The notes under the pieces were generated by a model. The model was not told where the DNA came from, did no database searches, and saw only the letters and a program-made list of their open reading frames with translations. Positions 13,630 to 27,724 of a DNA stretch of 64,000 nt are shown piece after piece (position 1 is the first letter of the stretch; each line of letters begins with the position of its first letter). This DNA comes from Eledone cirrhosa (Eukaryota). The stretch covers positions 5,208,001-5,272,000 of the forward strand of contig OZ024758.1 in assembly GCA_964016885.1 (NCBI GenBank). Reading direction: 5' to 3'. The position numbers and the translations under genes were made by a program.

Positions 13630-13846
13630 ATTGTTTCTTATATATGCACAAGGCCATCAATTTTGGGGGAGGGGAAAGTCGATTAAATCGACCCCAGTAC
13701 GTTACTGGTACTTTATTTTATCGACCCCCGTAAGGATGAAAGGCAAAGCTAACCTTGGCAGGATTTGAACTCAGAACATAAAGGGCCGTAACTCTATGCT
13801 GTAAAGCATGGTGTCCGACTCTCTACCGATTCTGCCAATCCACCGA
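13630..13846 (-). mobile_element. SINE A, long form
   Basis: Matches the family consensus. Confidence 0.85.
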
Positions 13847-14526
13847 AAATATATTAACCAATATTTAAGACGATATGGTGCGATTTATGGGTAGTTTGAC
13901 TGTCATTTCTAGCAGGACAAATGCCTGTGTAGAGGTTGCCTTGTTAGGTTGTGATTAATTTAGTATAATTTCATGTGATGAAACGTGCTGTCTTCAGATC
14001 AATGTTGTCTAGAGACGTTATTAATTTGTTTGAAATGATGTCATCGAGAATTCATGTTAGCTATATAGCAACATGCCGGTGGCTTCTAAGATCTTATTGA
14101 TTATGCAAACAATCCCAACATTATTCTTGGTAAGAATGTCATGTGTTTGATATTAGAATAATGTAAATTATACTTTCTTAACAAAGTGATGTTCCAAGGA
14201 ATCTGTTCCTAAGAAAGTGTAATTCTCCCTACTTAAAAACGAATATATCATTTTACATTGATAAAACAAATATCTAGATTTAAATTTGGTTTAGTAGATA
14301 TTGAACTAGAGAGAGAAAATAGGTGGTGGTGTGTTAGAGACATATATTAGATAGCTATGTTATTGTTGATGATGATGATGTTGGTGATGGTGTCTAGACC
14401 CAAGTGAAGGCGCATGGCTGAAGGTTGTGAGTTCGATTCTCGGACTGGGTGATGCATTGTGTCTTTGAGCGAGACACTTTATTTCACGTTGCTCCAATGG
14501 TCTGAGTTATTATATTATATTATAGA

Positions 14527-14715
14527 GGGCGATGAATTGGCAGTATCGGTAGAGGGTCGGACGCCATGCTTTGACGCATAGAGTTACGGCCCTTTATTGT
14601 CTGAATTCAAATCCCGCCGAGGTTAACTTTGCCTTTCATCCTTACAGGGTCGATAAAATAAAGTACCAGTAATGTACTGGGTAATTGCTGGCCTTGTGCC
14701 AAAAGTAGAAACAAT
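14527..14715 (+). mobile_element. SINE A
   Basis: Matches the consensus. It is inserted in (ATTAT)n. Confidence 0.85.
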
Positions 14716-15399
14716 TATATTATATTACATTATATTATATTACTATACGTGAATATATTGCATTGCATATATTATACGAACCAAACTAATATTGTTCATA
14801 TGTTCATATTTGAACGATAGTATAATGCAAGTATATTTCATACCAGAACACTGAATATTTATGACTTTAGATATATATAAACTTTCTACCAAACTTTAAC
14901 AAGATTTGTCATATTAAACCATTTCCTTTAATGCATTCAAACGCTTCGAAATTAAATTTGTATTCTTGAGTCAGTCGCATTAAATTTAATATGAATATGA
15001 GAATCATTTAGCAAACCAAAATTCTAATTAAAAGATATTTCAGCTGTTTAAATCTATACAAAGTCTGAATAGTGAAAGGAAGAGAGAGAATATTTAAATG
15101 AGAAGAACTCATAACATACATAAACTTTACTATACTTAATAAATATAATTTATCTTTGCAAACTATTGATTAAATTCCGTTGAAATGAACAAACCGGTTT
15201 CGACTTTAGTTAAATGAAGTCGTTGGAGAAAGTTCAGTACAAATGTCCTTTCTTCAGCAAACCTCCATAACTAATAGAATAATTTCTACTTTAGACACAA
15301 GGCCATGCCAGATAAATTCGAAATATAAATCAGTAATAGATTGGGGTCGACTATACCAGTTAAATGCTGTATATGTACCAGTAGTGTACTCATCTCGTC

Positions 15400-15900
15400 T
15401 ATACCGAAGACCCCTCTTCGGTCACGAATGACCATGTGATTTACACCTAGAAAGTTTCCCTCCGAGACACAAGTCCGGGCAAGTTTGTTTGTGGAAGACC
15501 AGCAGTCACCCATACATATCAGTCTCCCCTCTCCACGTCACTCATGTTATCCAAGAGAAAGACAATGGCTGATACAGCTTGGCACCAGTGACATCACAAC
15601 ATACACTATATATTTTATATATACTCTATATACACACTATATATATACTCTATATACGCTCTAAATACTCTCTCTATATATATACACTATATATGATGTC
15701 CAAAGGAAAGGCAATGGCTGATACAGCTTGGCACCAGAGACGTCGCAACTCATTTCTACAGCTGAGTAAACTGGAGCAACGTGAAATAAAGTGTCTTGCT
15801 CAAGGACACAACGCATCACCCGGTCCGAGAATCAAACTCACAACCTTTCGATTGTAAGCCCAATGCCATGCGTCTATAACCACTAAGCCATGCGTCTATA
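15400..15900 (-). mobile_element. SINE family C with internal repeat/spacer expansion
   Basis: Contains GGCAATGGCTGATACAGCTTGGCACCAGTGACGTCGCAACTCATTTCTACAGCTGAGTAAACTGGAGCAACGTGAAATAAAGTGTCTTGCTCAAGGACAC. A B-box-like sequence is on the minus strand. Confidence 0.75.
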
Positions 15901-16376
15901 CCAGATAAATTCTAAATATATACCAGTAATGTACTGGAGTCCATTATACCAGATAAGTTCTAAATATCTTGCAGTTATGTTATATAACTAAAAATCAATA
16001 TTATTCCATACAATAGTGTTGGTGTATTTACAGATATCATCTCTTGAAAATCGACATGGTCGACTCAGTACATCAAAATTCCAGTCAGTTGTTTACACGA
16101 AGAGATAACATTGACAATTGTTTTATCTATCTCGTTGTTTCTGACATGTAACATAAATATGTTTCATTATTCAAAGTAACGATACAGAAACACATTTGCT
16201 CGAATGGATTCAATAAATATTCTAGTCAGGAAAAACAATAAAATAAAAACAAAATATCTTGATTTGATTTTGTACTGTTTTGTATTAAAACAACTAAATT
16301 CTTCAATTTGTCTATATATATATATATATATATATATAAATATATATATAAATATATATATTTATATATATATTTA

Positions 16377-16432
16377 TAGGAACAAGTAAGACCCCGACGG
16401 CTGAGCTCAAGCCGTTTCGACGGCTAATTCTG
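16377..16432 (-). mobile_element. Single-arm fragment of the 37.6/45.3 kb element
   Basis: TAGGAACAAGTAAGACCCCGACGGCTGAGCTCAAGCCGTTTCGACGGCTAATTCTG inside (TA)n. Confidence 0.6.
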
Positions 16433-16454
16433 TATATATATTTATATATATATT

Positions 16455-16489
<35 letters not shown>

Positions 16490-16498
16490 ATTTATATT

Positions 16499-16573
<75 letters not shown>

Positions 16574-17399
16574 TTATATATATTTATATATATATTTATA
16601 TATATTTATATATATATTTATATATATTTATATATATATATATTTTCTCTCTCTCTCTCACTTTTTATCTTTCTCTGGAAGAAATCTGCTGTAATCAGGC
16701 CTGGAGAGGGATGGGCTCCGCCATGCTTGAAATGCCCAAGAAACGCCGTATGTCACTACGGGCGCCCCTATAACTCTATCAGGAGTTACTAGACCAGAAA
16801 TACATACTGAATATATCAGTTCTGTGTCTATTACGAATATCCTAAAGCACTAAACATGTTGATTCAATAAAAACCAAATCTGCAGATCTGTTACCTTCTC
16901 TCCTTCCCCCAATCTTTCTTCCGTGGCCTAATAGTCCTATTTATTTTCCTCTTTTTCTTCTCATTTATGGCATTTATAGTCCTTTCCTCTATTTTCCGAT
17001 ATAGCCCGATCAGCCCTTCTTTACCCCTTCCCGTTTTTCCATATGCTTAATTTTGTTTGATCTTTATTTTTCATATTTCCACCATTGTATAACTTCTGTT
17101 TATAAAATATAGTTGACATAATATGTTTATGTATAAAAAAATAACAAAATATTTCCACCATTGTATAACTACTATTTGTAAGATATATTTGACATAATAT
17201 GTTTATGTATAACAGATAACAAAATAAAATGGTATATCCTTAACACAAGTGAATCTACGATAGTAGCTCAAAAACAGTATGTAGGTTTATTCCAGCCAAT
17301 GGAATAAGAAATATGTTTACATTGAGACATATCATATAAAGTTTATATGTTACAAACATTGTTAGTTTCTGTTACTTATCAGTTACAATTATTTTAATA

Positions 17400-17797
17400 T
17401 TCGAGGCCCGGCTGAAATGTTCATGGAATGACAAAATGGAGTTTATTTTTCAACAATACGAGGTTAGCTGAAAGGTTCATAGGCTGACCAAGATACTCTC
17501 ATGGAATGACCAAATGTGGTTTATTTGTCAACATAGTCCCTGGAAAGAAACAATGCAGTTATTAATGAGAGTTGACAGTAATACATGCAAGATTTCACAG
17601 CTCTAGCATCACTCCTTCATAGACTGACCAAGACACTCTCATGAAATGACCAAATGGGGTTTATTTGTCAACATAGTCCCTGGAAAGAAACAATGCAGTT
17701 ATTAATAAGAGTTGACAGTAATACATGCAAGATTTCACAGCTCTAGCATCACTCCTTCTTAGTCAGGCTAAGAACTTTTTCAGCCTACACCCATACG
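17400..17797. mobile_element. Internally deleted mariner-like element with a 140-bp tandem duplication
   Basis: TA|CGAGG..GCTGAAAGGTTCATAGGCTGAC versus GTCAGGCTAAGAACTTTTTCAGC..CG|TA. The unit period is 140 (17501 vs 17641). A matching end occurs at ~1695-1768. Confidence 0.6.
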
Positions 17798-18113
17798 TAG
17801 TTGTTTATACTTATATAAACCCTTTTACAAATTTAAATATATTGTATTCACATAGCTAAATGGCTCTTCTCTTCTGCTAACTATGGTTGTTATTTTATAA
17901 ATTGTTTTTAAACTTTTATTACCTTGTCTTCGTATTATTTGGTTGTTTTCTCTGTGCATTTCAATTTCTTAAGTGCAGTCTTTTGGCAAATCTCTTTTCA
18001 GATTAAGTGTTTGTGGTTCTTGAGCGTTACATAGCGTTAATTTGTTGTTTTATTTCTTCATTGTTACAATTATGACATACCAAAGTAAACACATTGTTTC
18101 TCTCTCTCTCTCC

Positions 18114-18162
<49 letters not shown>

Positions 18163-18499
18163 CCTCTCTCTCTCAAAACAACATACTCTCACCATTCCTA
18201 TCTTTCTCCAATAGATATTCTATTATTTCAGTTTTCTTCGCCATCTTCTTGGATTACAGTGTTATAAAATGTAACAGAGTTTACAGTTTGACTTTGATAT
18301 AATGTAATTTGGTAAACATTAATGTTGTTAGCTGCAGGTTTCTAAAGAACGGTAACTGGTTCACTGCTTCTCTAATCGTAAATGTGACGATTTATTGTCT
18401 GTGTTCCTTGATGCTAAACAAGTACCACACAAATTTGTATTCAGAATCAATGGATTTTCAATTGTATTACCAAGATTTACGTATTTCGTAAATACACAT

Positions 18500-18536
<37 letters not shown>

Positions 18537-18928
18537 TTGGTAGTACATAACTCCTATGAGTCACCTGGAGCCAATCCTCTGCGAAACGCGCCGATACGCA
18601 ATAGATATTTTTCATGTGTAAACGAAACTTCCTTGTTTTTTTTCTATTACATATATATATATATATATATACAAATATATAAATATATAAACATACCGTA
18701 TTTCTTCTGAAATACGAAATTCCAATACATATCTGTATACAGCTATGCATGAAGCTAAATCCTAATTGTATTCTATTAAAAGTTGAGCCACCTTATGTTA
18801 TCCGAAATTAATTAAAGTGATATTGTTAATTCAGGATTAATTGATTATAATTTTGTTATACCTAATGATTTTGTTTACTTATATAAGGTGTATATACGAA
18901 ACACAGACACACATTCACACACACACAG

Positions 18929-18959
<31 letters not shown>

Positions 18960-19035
18960 TTTATATACATACACACACGCATATATATATATTTACATAC
19001 ATATATATATATGCACACATAAGCATACACACACA

Positions 19036-19080
<45 letters not shown>

Positions 19081-19227
19081 ATACTTTGGGAGGGTCGTGT
19101 TGAGGGTTATAACAATATCGGTTTCAACACACGATTTCAGATAAAGAATCTTGCTAAACAAATTCAGAAACGAAATATATATATATACATTCATATATAC
19201 ATATGCACACATAAGCATACACACACA

Positions 19228-19274
<47 letters not shown>

Positions 19275-19412
19275 TCATATATACATATACATACACTTTT
19301 ACATATGCACACATAAACACACACACACACACATAAACACACACACACACATATATAAATATATATATATATATATTCATATATATACTTACACACATAC
19401 ATACACACATAT

Positions 19413-19445
<33 letters not shown>

Positions 19446-19919
19446 TACACACTATACACACACAGTATCTGGAGGGTATATATTAGATACAAATCTTAAG
19501 TCAGTTGTATAATAGACAACATGCCACTCATGTCTGTGTTTAATAAACAAAACATTAAAAGACATCTTAGTCACTATTTCACGATATTGTCTATTATTAG
19601 TCTTACTAGTTCTGTACTTTACTACCACGTCAATTAGTTATGTGTGTATGTATATATGTCTCTATGTACATGTATTTATGTATGAATATATACATATGTG
19701 TGCATATGTGCACTTATATGTGTGTTTATATATACATACATATATATATGTAGAGGTTATATTTTTATAACATATATATATATATATGTGTGTGTGAGTG
19801 TTTATATATGTATTTATCTTTTTATATATGTGTGTGTGTGTGAGTGTTTATATATATATATATGTGTGTGTGTTTATATATGTATTTATCTGTTTATATA
19901 TATATGTGTGTGTGAGTGT

Positions 19920-19957
<38 letters not shown>

Positions 19958-20054
19958 TTATATATGTATTTATCTGTTTATATATATATGTGTGTGTGTG
20001 TGTGTTTATATATGTATTTATCTGTTTATATATATATATATGTGTGTGAGTGTT

Positions 20055-20089
<35 letters not shown>

Positions 20090-20417
20090 TTATATATGTA
20101 TTTATCTGTTTATATATGTATTTATCTGTTTATATATGTATTTATCTGTTTATATATATATGTGTGTGTGTGTGTTTATATATGTATTTATCTGTTTATA
20201 TATATATATATATATAAAACGTGTTTGTTTATATATATATTTATCTGTTTATATATATATATATATAAAACGTGTGTTTGTTTATCTATGTATTTATCTG
20301 TTTATATATATATATGCTATGTTTATATATACATATATATGTGCGTGGGTGTGTATATTGGCGTGTGTGTATATGTGTATATGTATATATTTATATATTT
20401 ATTTATGTGTGGGTATA

Positions 20418-20457
<40 letters not shown>

Positions 20458-20717
20458 AATATGTGTGGGTATATGTGTGTGTGTATATGTATGTATGAAT
20501 ATGTGTATATTCAGTGTATATTAGGCATGCCATTAAGTGACAAGCAGAGTTATAATTATGTACAGAATTCTTAGAAGCGATAAACATGACAAAGAAATTT
20601 ATTTTTTAATTAAATTTTCCTTTAGGAAAACAAAAAAATTTGCAACAACGTCACTAGATACTTCAACATAATTACGGCATGATAATATATTTATAACTTG
20701 TTATAATTAGCTTGTAA

Positions 20718-21170
20718 AGGGCGGGCGATTGTCAGTATCGGTAGAGGGTCGGACGCCATACTTTGGCCCTTACTGTCCTTTACGGTCTGAGTTAAAATCC
20801 AGCCGAGGTTAACTTTGCCTTTCATCCTTACGGGGTCGATAAAATAAAGTACCAGTAATGCACTGGGGTAATTGCTGGCCTTGTGCCAAAAGTATTAACA
20901 ATTATTATAAATAGCTTGACAGTATCGGTAGAGGGCTGGACGTGGTGCTAAGCAGCATAGAGTTACGGCCGTTTACGGTGTGAGTTGAAATTCCACCGAT
21001 GTTAACTTTGCCTTTCATCCTTACGGGGTCGATGAAATAAAGTACCAGTAATGCACTGGGGTAATTGCTGGCCTTGTGCCAAAAGTAGAAACAATTATTA
21101 TAAATAGCTTGGCATTATCGGTAGAGGGTTGGACGCCATGCTTAGCAGCATAGTTATGGCCCTTTACGGT
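20718..21170 (+). mobile_element. Tandem array of ~2.3 SINE A copies
   Basis: Units are joined by the identical linker ACAATTATTATAAATAGCTTG. Confidence 0.85.
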
Positions 21171-21819
21171 ATGATTTAGAACTGGAACACGGATTACTAC
21201 TACAACCTAGGAACTGAAACACGTCCTCGTTTGAATTTCCACGAAGTTTCCGCCTTCCACATTTGACTCATTTTACTTTGATCACTCAGATACTGTGACA
21301 GAAGATATTTTACTAGGGTGTTGGCCAATGGAATCAAACCAGAAACCATTTAGTCGCAGAACGAATTTCTTTACCATACATCTATGCTTGGGTTCTATTG
21401 AAAAAACGTTGTTTCCATCCGTCTAATTCAAATATAAAAATGTTTAGCCTACCTAAATTGCTCAATCAACGAATAATCCTCTATTTGGCCGCTAACCTAA
21501 TAAAAAAAACTACTGCCAAACCTAACTCAAATGGCATCATACAGCTTAAAAACGAAGTCCTAGATATGCGAGCAAACTAGAACAACAACATAGAAAGTTT
21601 TCACAAGAAACCAAATACTTAATGGATTATGATATTCACATCTATTAATCCCTGATAAACTATAGGTCCAAACAAGAATCTACTTTGAATGACGGTTGAT
21701 GGCATCTAGCCAAAAACTCGTGTTTGAACAGCAATTAATATTAGACCATTTATGCAAGTAAAAGATACTTAAGAGTTTTACATGACTGATAGATTACTTA
21801 TTTGATTTATGGCCAACTT

Positions 21820-22430
21820 TTTTTATGAGGCGGGAAATATGAGGCTGTATAGTCGGTTCCGTTATTTTTAACGAATATTCTTTTCGTCAGTCCTGATAGG
21901 AAGATGCCCAGAAGAGTGTGATGGTGGACTAGACACCACAAGATCATAAATTTGAAATTCTACGTAATTCTTTTCTTTTCTGTAGAAGGTACTCTGTAAA
22001 AGGTACTCTTCGTTTTATTGTTTGTCACTCAATATTTAAGAAGTTCACTGCTACTCCAAACCTGGAAGGAGTACCCTGTAAACTGTACTCTGTAAAAGGT
22101 ACTCTCCGTTTTGTTCCTTGACACCCAATATTAAATAGGTCGACTGGTACTCCAAATTTTTGAGGGAGTACTCTGTAAAAGGTACTCTTCGTTTTGTTGC
22201 GTGTCACCCAATATTAAAGAAGTCCACTGCTACTGCACACTTGGAGGGAGTACTCTGTAAAATGTACTCTTTTTATGAGGTGGGAAATATGAGGCCGTAT
22301 AGTCGGTTCAGTTATTTTTCACGAATATTCTTTTCGTCAGATCCGATAGGAAGATACCCAGAACACTGTGATGGTGAACTGGACACCACAAGATCATTTA
22401 TTCGAAATTCTACGTATCCGTTCTTTTCTG
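21820..22430. repeat. ~155-bp direct repeats flanking a ~78-bp tandem array
   Basis: 21822-21975 matches 22270-22425. The inner unit GTACTCTGTAAAAGGTACTCTTCGTTTTGTTGC.. recurs at ~24300-24520. Confidence 0.75.
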
Positions 22431-23337
22431 CCATTCTAGAATAATCTGTAGAATATTCTGTAGAATAATCGCAATAATAGATATTTGGAGACCCTGTCGA
22501 TTTTCTTTTTAAGGAAATTTTATATTTCAAAATATCAAAATTATATCTATTAGTCGTGTTTAGACAAAAATAATATTTCTTTTCCTCGCACTGGAATATA
22601 AAAAATAGATGAGTGCTGGAGAGTAAATGGCAATAACCGATGGACAGTTAATAACATTATCGGAGAATCTGTCACGTATATAGATATAAAACTTATAAAT
22701 TTAATGTAAGTATAGAATAATGTATAGAGATATCAGCCTAGAAGCTTTTAGGTTCATGTAGGTTATAAGGGTTGGGCAGATGTCTCAGAGAATGCCAACA
22801 TTTCTAGATTATTGATTCCCAGCATAGAAAGCAGAGTTTCAGATTTATAGAGATTGGGTATTTCAACTAAGGGACGTTCATGTTTCTTTCTAGTTCACCG
22901 GAAATCTAAATGGAATAAAAGTTAATAATGAGGAATCATAACATGTCGTGATCTCAGTTTACAGGAGATGATATACTCGTACTTTACGATGCTAAAGATT
23001 TATTTCGTAAATACATGAGGAAATAAATAACACACTGCCTCAGTGTTGTCATAGACCATAAGTGAACATGCTATGCAACCAGTATGTGAAGAAGCAACAT
23101 TTACTACAAAAATGGATTACATTGACGGTAGCTGTGTTATAGCAATACATTACCAAATACCTTCTAGCATTTCGATTATCTTTTTAATGGCGTACTCAGA
23201 GGAATAAATTATCACATATTATCCATATGAAGATCTCCATTATTAGTGGGGTTAAGTTGTCCTCAGGTGAGGGGCATGGAAATGAAGACTTTCAACAGGA
23301 TTAACTCAACTATAGGTACCCAAGATTTGCGGTCGTG

Positions 23338-23730
23338 TCCTTGGCCCTAGGGCTACCTCCACCATAGGAGCTGAGGTGGCGACCCCTAGCAGTGGAGACT
23401 TCTGGTTTCCTTGGTCCTAGGGCTACCTTCATATTTACCACCATAGGTGCTGAGGTGGCTACCTCTAGCAGTGGAGAGTTCTGGTAGCCTTGGCCCTGGT
23501 GCTACCTCCCTACTTACCACCATAGGCGCTGAGCTGGTTAGCCGCAGGTGTCAGCCTCGCGAGATGAATGGCTCTTCCTCCGGAGAAACGCCTTCTCCAT
23601 TCTGTCCGCCGGGGCGTGGGCGGCCAGCTCGTGGGACCCCATTCGCTCACTCATAATAGACAGAGATGGGAGGGCGAGAGAGATGGAGGCGATGACAGTG
23701 GGAGTTCAGCTCTTTTGTGTTCACAAAATA
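23338..23730 (+). mobile_element. 3' fragment of a CRE-like (restriction-like endonuclease) non-LTR retrotransposon
   Basis: Translates PLAVESSGSLGPGATSLLTTIGAELVSRRCQPRE / WLF..RRNAFSILS, resembling the RLE C-terminus PxAVEtxGxxG...QRGNAxxI. It is frameshifted, and its 5' part is tandemly repeated. Confidence 0.75.
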
Positions 23731-25594
23731 TATTTCTATTTTCTTGTATTATTGTCTCAGATTAGATCAACAAATTACGATTAAATTCAAAGTAAAATAA
23801 ACAACAGTAAATATCAGGTTATAGATTTTTATTTTGAGATTCTTTCGTAGTTTCTTGGATTAGTTTTGAATTCTTTCCAACGACTATCGGTTATTCTTAA
23901 CCCTCCTTTGGTTGTGTTTCTCTGTCTAAACAACATTGTACCCCTCCTCCTTTGGTTGTGTTTCTCTGTTTCTTTCTAAACAACATTGTACTCCCGCCTC
24001 CTCTGCTTGTATTTCTCTCTCTCTTTCTAAATAACATTGTCTTCCACCCTCTTTCCCTGTTTTCCGATCTCCTTCCCGATGATAGTTTATATAAATTATA
24101 TATACTCACTCTAAACAATTAACAACGAAAGCATGAAATCAAATCTAAGTGACAGGAAAATTCTGATATACAACGAGAACTGTAGAAACCTAGCGGTGGA
24201 TGGGTTGGGTGGATAGAAATCTTTGTGAACTAAATATATTTAGGTCAATCTTTAAACATTTGTATCAGAACTGCCAGTAATTAAACATAGACGGTGATAA
24301 CTTAGAGGGAGTACTCTGTAAAAGGTACTCGGTAAAAGGTACTCTTTATAAGTTACTCTTCGGTTTTTATTGTTTGTCACTCAATATTAAAGAAGTCGAT
24401 TGCTACTGCAAGCTTGGAAGGAGTACTCTGTAAAACGTACTCTTCGTTTTGTTGCTTGTCACCCAATATTGAAGAGGTCGGCTGGTACTCCAAACTTGGA
24501 GGGAGTACTCTGTAAAACATCCCAATCTCTACACTGTGTTAATATAATAGAGTACAACATCTTAATCACTACACTGTGTTAATACAATAGAGTACAACAT
24601 CTTAATCACTGCCCTGTGTTTCCTATCTTGGCGTGCCATTTATATATTTTATTGTTCTGCTCTGTGAGTTATCTAGCGAGGGATCTCTAGCCATGAACAA
24701 TGGAAATATTTCTGTCAACAAAACATAATATTCTCAACATACGCACATATATAACTCCCAATACATACACATATAACTCCCAATACATACACATATAACT
24801 CCCAATACATACACATATATAAATCACAATACATACACATATATAAATCCCAACATATACACACATATAATTCCCTATACATACACACATATAAATCCCA
24901 ATACATACACACATATAATTCCCAATATATACACATCAAAGGTTTCGAGAATCCATTAAACCAGCAAGCCACAACTGTTGAAAGAGGCCACATCAAAACC
25001 TGTGCTTCATGTTTATTCAATAACAAAGTTTGTATTATAACATGTATATCTTATTTAGCAAACAAAACATGAAATTCAACAATAGAATTAATTGTTTCAA
25101 CTATATAGAACGATAATGTGTTAATAGGCATTATCTAAATTTTCGATATTTCTTGGGAATATTGTGTAGCCATGATGGAATCCATTTTATGAACAAATGA
25201 AGTTCCATCATAAGCATTGTTATATCTATACTCGGTTATGGTATAGTAACCAGAGATCAATAAAAGGCATGTTATGATAGAAACGAAGTGATATGTTATT
25301 TGATCCCGCTTATTGGTAAAGTCGTTAGAACGTCAGGCAAAATGCTTTGCGGCTTTCTGTTCTCTGAGTTCAAATCCCGCCGAAGTCAACTTTGCCTTTC
25401 ATCCATTCTAGGTGGATAGAAAAGTATCAGTCAAGTACTTGGGATCGATTTTCCCTCTATATCGCTTTCTCACTTCCATTCTCTCACATCTATTCTCCAT
25501 TCTCTACGGCTATTTAAATATAACATACTCTATATGTAAGTAATGTTTTTATTTAACACCTAATTTGTAGCTAAAACTACATATATTTTCCTTA

Positions 25595-26170
25595 AGGCCC
25601 CACTCGGTGACGAATGACCATGGTTTTTGCACAAGCCTGGGCAAGGTTTGTTTTATGGAAGACCAGCAGTCGCCCATACCAGTCTCCCCTCTCCACGCCA
25701 GGATGTTATCCGCGGGAAAGGCAATGGCTGATACAGCTTGGCACCAGTGACGTCGCAACTCATATATATACATTATATACACACTATTACAGTATATATA
25801 TACACTATATATACCTTATATACACACTATTGTAATATATATGCACACACTATATGATGTTGGGAAAGGCAATGGCTGATACAGCTTGACACCAGTGACG
25901 TCACAACATACACTCTATATACACTCTATATACACTCTATACTCTATATATATATACACTCTATATGATGTTATCCGAGGGAAAGGCAATGGCTGATACA
26001 GCTTGGCACCAGTGACGTGGCAACTCATTTCTACAGCTGAGTAAACTGGAGCAATATGAAATAAAGTGTCTTGTTCAAGGACACAACGCATCACCCGGTC
26101 CGAGAATCACAACCTGACAACCTCTCAATTGCAAGCCTAAACACAAAGCTCTAAACACTAAACCATACTC
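25595..26170 (-). mobile_element. SINE family C, three internal repeats
   Basis: Collinear with 15400-15900. Confidence 0.75.
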
Positions 26171-26354
26171 CTTCATAATATTTTGCTATATATGTATTAG
26201 ATGCTAATACATTTCTCAATTGATATATATTCATATATATCGTTTAAAATTTGTGGGAGGCGGGTGTAATGAATGGTTGATAATTATTTCAGAAAACCAG
26301 TACAATGTGGTAGAAATATAGAAAGACGAAAGGATTACAAATAAAACGAAATAA

Positions 26355-26542
26355 TTGTTTCTACTATTGGCACAAGGCCAGCAATTACACAGTACATTAC
26401 TGCTACTTTATGTTATCGACTCTGTAAGGATGAAAGGCAAAGTTAACCTCGGCAGAATTTGAACTCACATCATATAGGGCCGTAACTCTATGCTGCAAAG
26501 CATGGCGTCCGACCCTCTACCGATATTGCCAATTCACCGCCA
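26355..26542 (-). mobile_element. SINE A
   Basis: Matches the family consensus. Confidence 0.85.
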
Positions 26543-27244
26543 AATTCACAAACAAAACGGAATAATAATATTTAATGCGAAATGGTTATTTTCATGTCTG
26601 ACTTCATTATTTTCCTAATAATCAGAAGAGTCGTCATTAATCAAGTTTACTATAATCTCTTTCGATTACTTTCTCATTATACGCATGTATTACGTGCATA
26701 TTTTATGTCTAACATATAATTAAGAGAAAAGAGATTAAGGAGAAAATAAATGCTGCCGTCATTAAGATTTTCTAAAATGGTGGGAATTAGTTCTTGGTGT
26801 TAATGAGTCTGTGATATATAAATTGGAGCAAGCATGATAAAACACAGTTAGACGTTTCTAGAATAAATCTTCAGAATGAATGTCACACTTGGGGCGCGTA
26901 ATCATAATCTTCTTTGTGTATTTCAAGAATTTAAAGTGTTCTTGGTAATGAAAGTATTGATCGGAAATGTCTAGTATATGATTAAATATGTGATGTGTAG
27001 CGTAGCATACAACTTTGGTAATTGGTTAAGGCTGCAGATCAATTTGTTAGAGTTGATATCTGTTAAGAAGTGAAATATTCAATCAATATAGTTTATGAAA
27101 TTTCGGTTAAATATAATTAGTTAAGTTATGTATTGACATTTTCTCGATTATTCGTTTCACAAATATTTGCTGAGACGAACAAAACTAAACTCCTAGATCG
27201 ATATTGTATAGCAAAGTATCAAAATATATCTAGAAAACAACTAA

Positions 27245-27724
27245 TGCCACCACCACCACTACCACCACCATCGCTACTGCCACCACTGCCACCACCATCG
27301 CCACTGCCACTACCACCACCATCGCCACTGCCACCACTACCACCACCATCGCCACTGCCACCACTACCACCACCATCGCCACTGCCATCACTACCACCAC
27401 CATCGCCACTGCCACCACTACCACCACCACCGCCACTGCTACCACCACTACCACCACCACTACCACCACCACCACCACCACTACCACTACCACCACCACC
27501 ACCACAACCACTACCACCACCACCACCACCATCACCATCCCCACCACCAACACTACCTCTACCACCACCATCGCCACCGCCACCATTACCACTACCACCA
27601 TTACCACCACTACCACCACCACCACCACCACTACCACCACTCCCACCACCACTCGCCATCGCCACTGCCACCACCACTACCACCACCACTACTGTCACCA
27701 CCACCACCACCGCCACCGCCACCA
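27245..27724. repeat. Degenerate (CCA)n microsatellite
   Basis: Read directly; the poly-Pro/Gly/Val ORFs here are artefacts. Confidence 0.9.

Noticed and set aside
25710-26025. CRISPR-like repeat-spacer pattern
   Set aside because: The context is eukaryotic, the array is inside a SINE, the spacers are low-complexity and irregular, and there are no cas genes.
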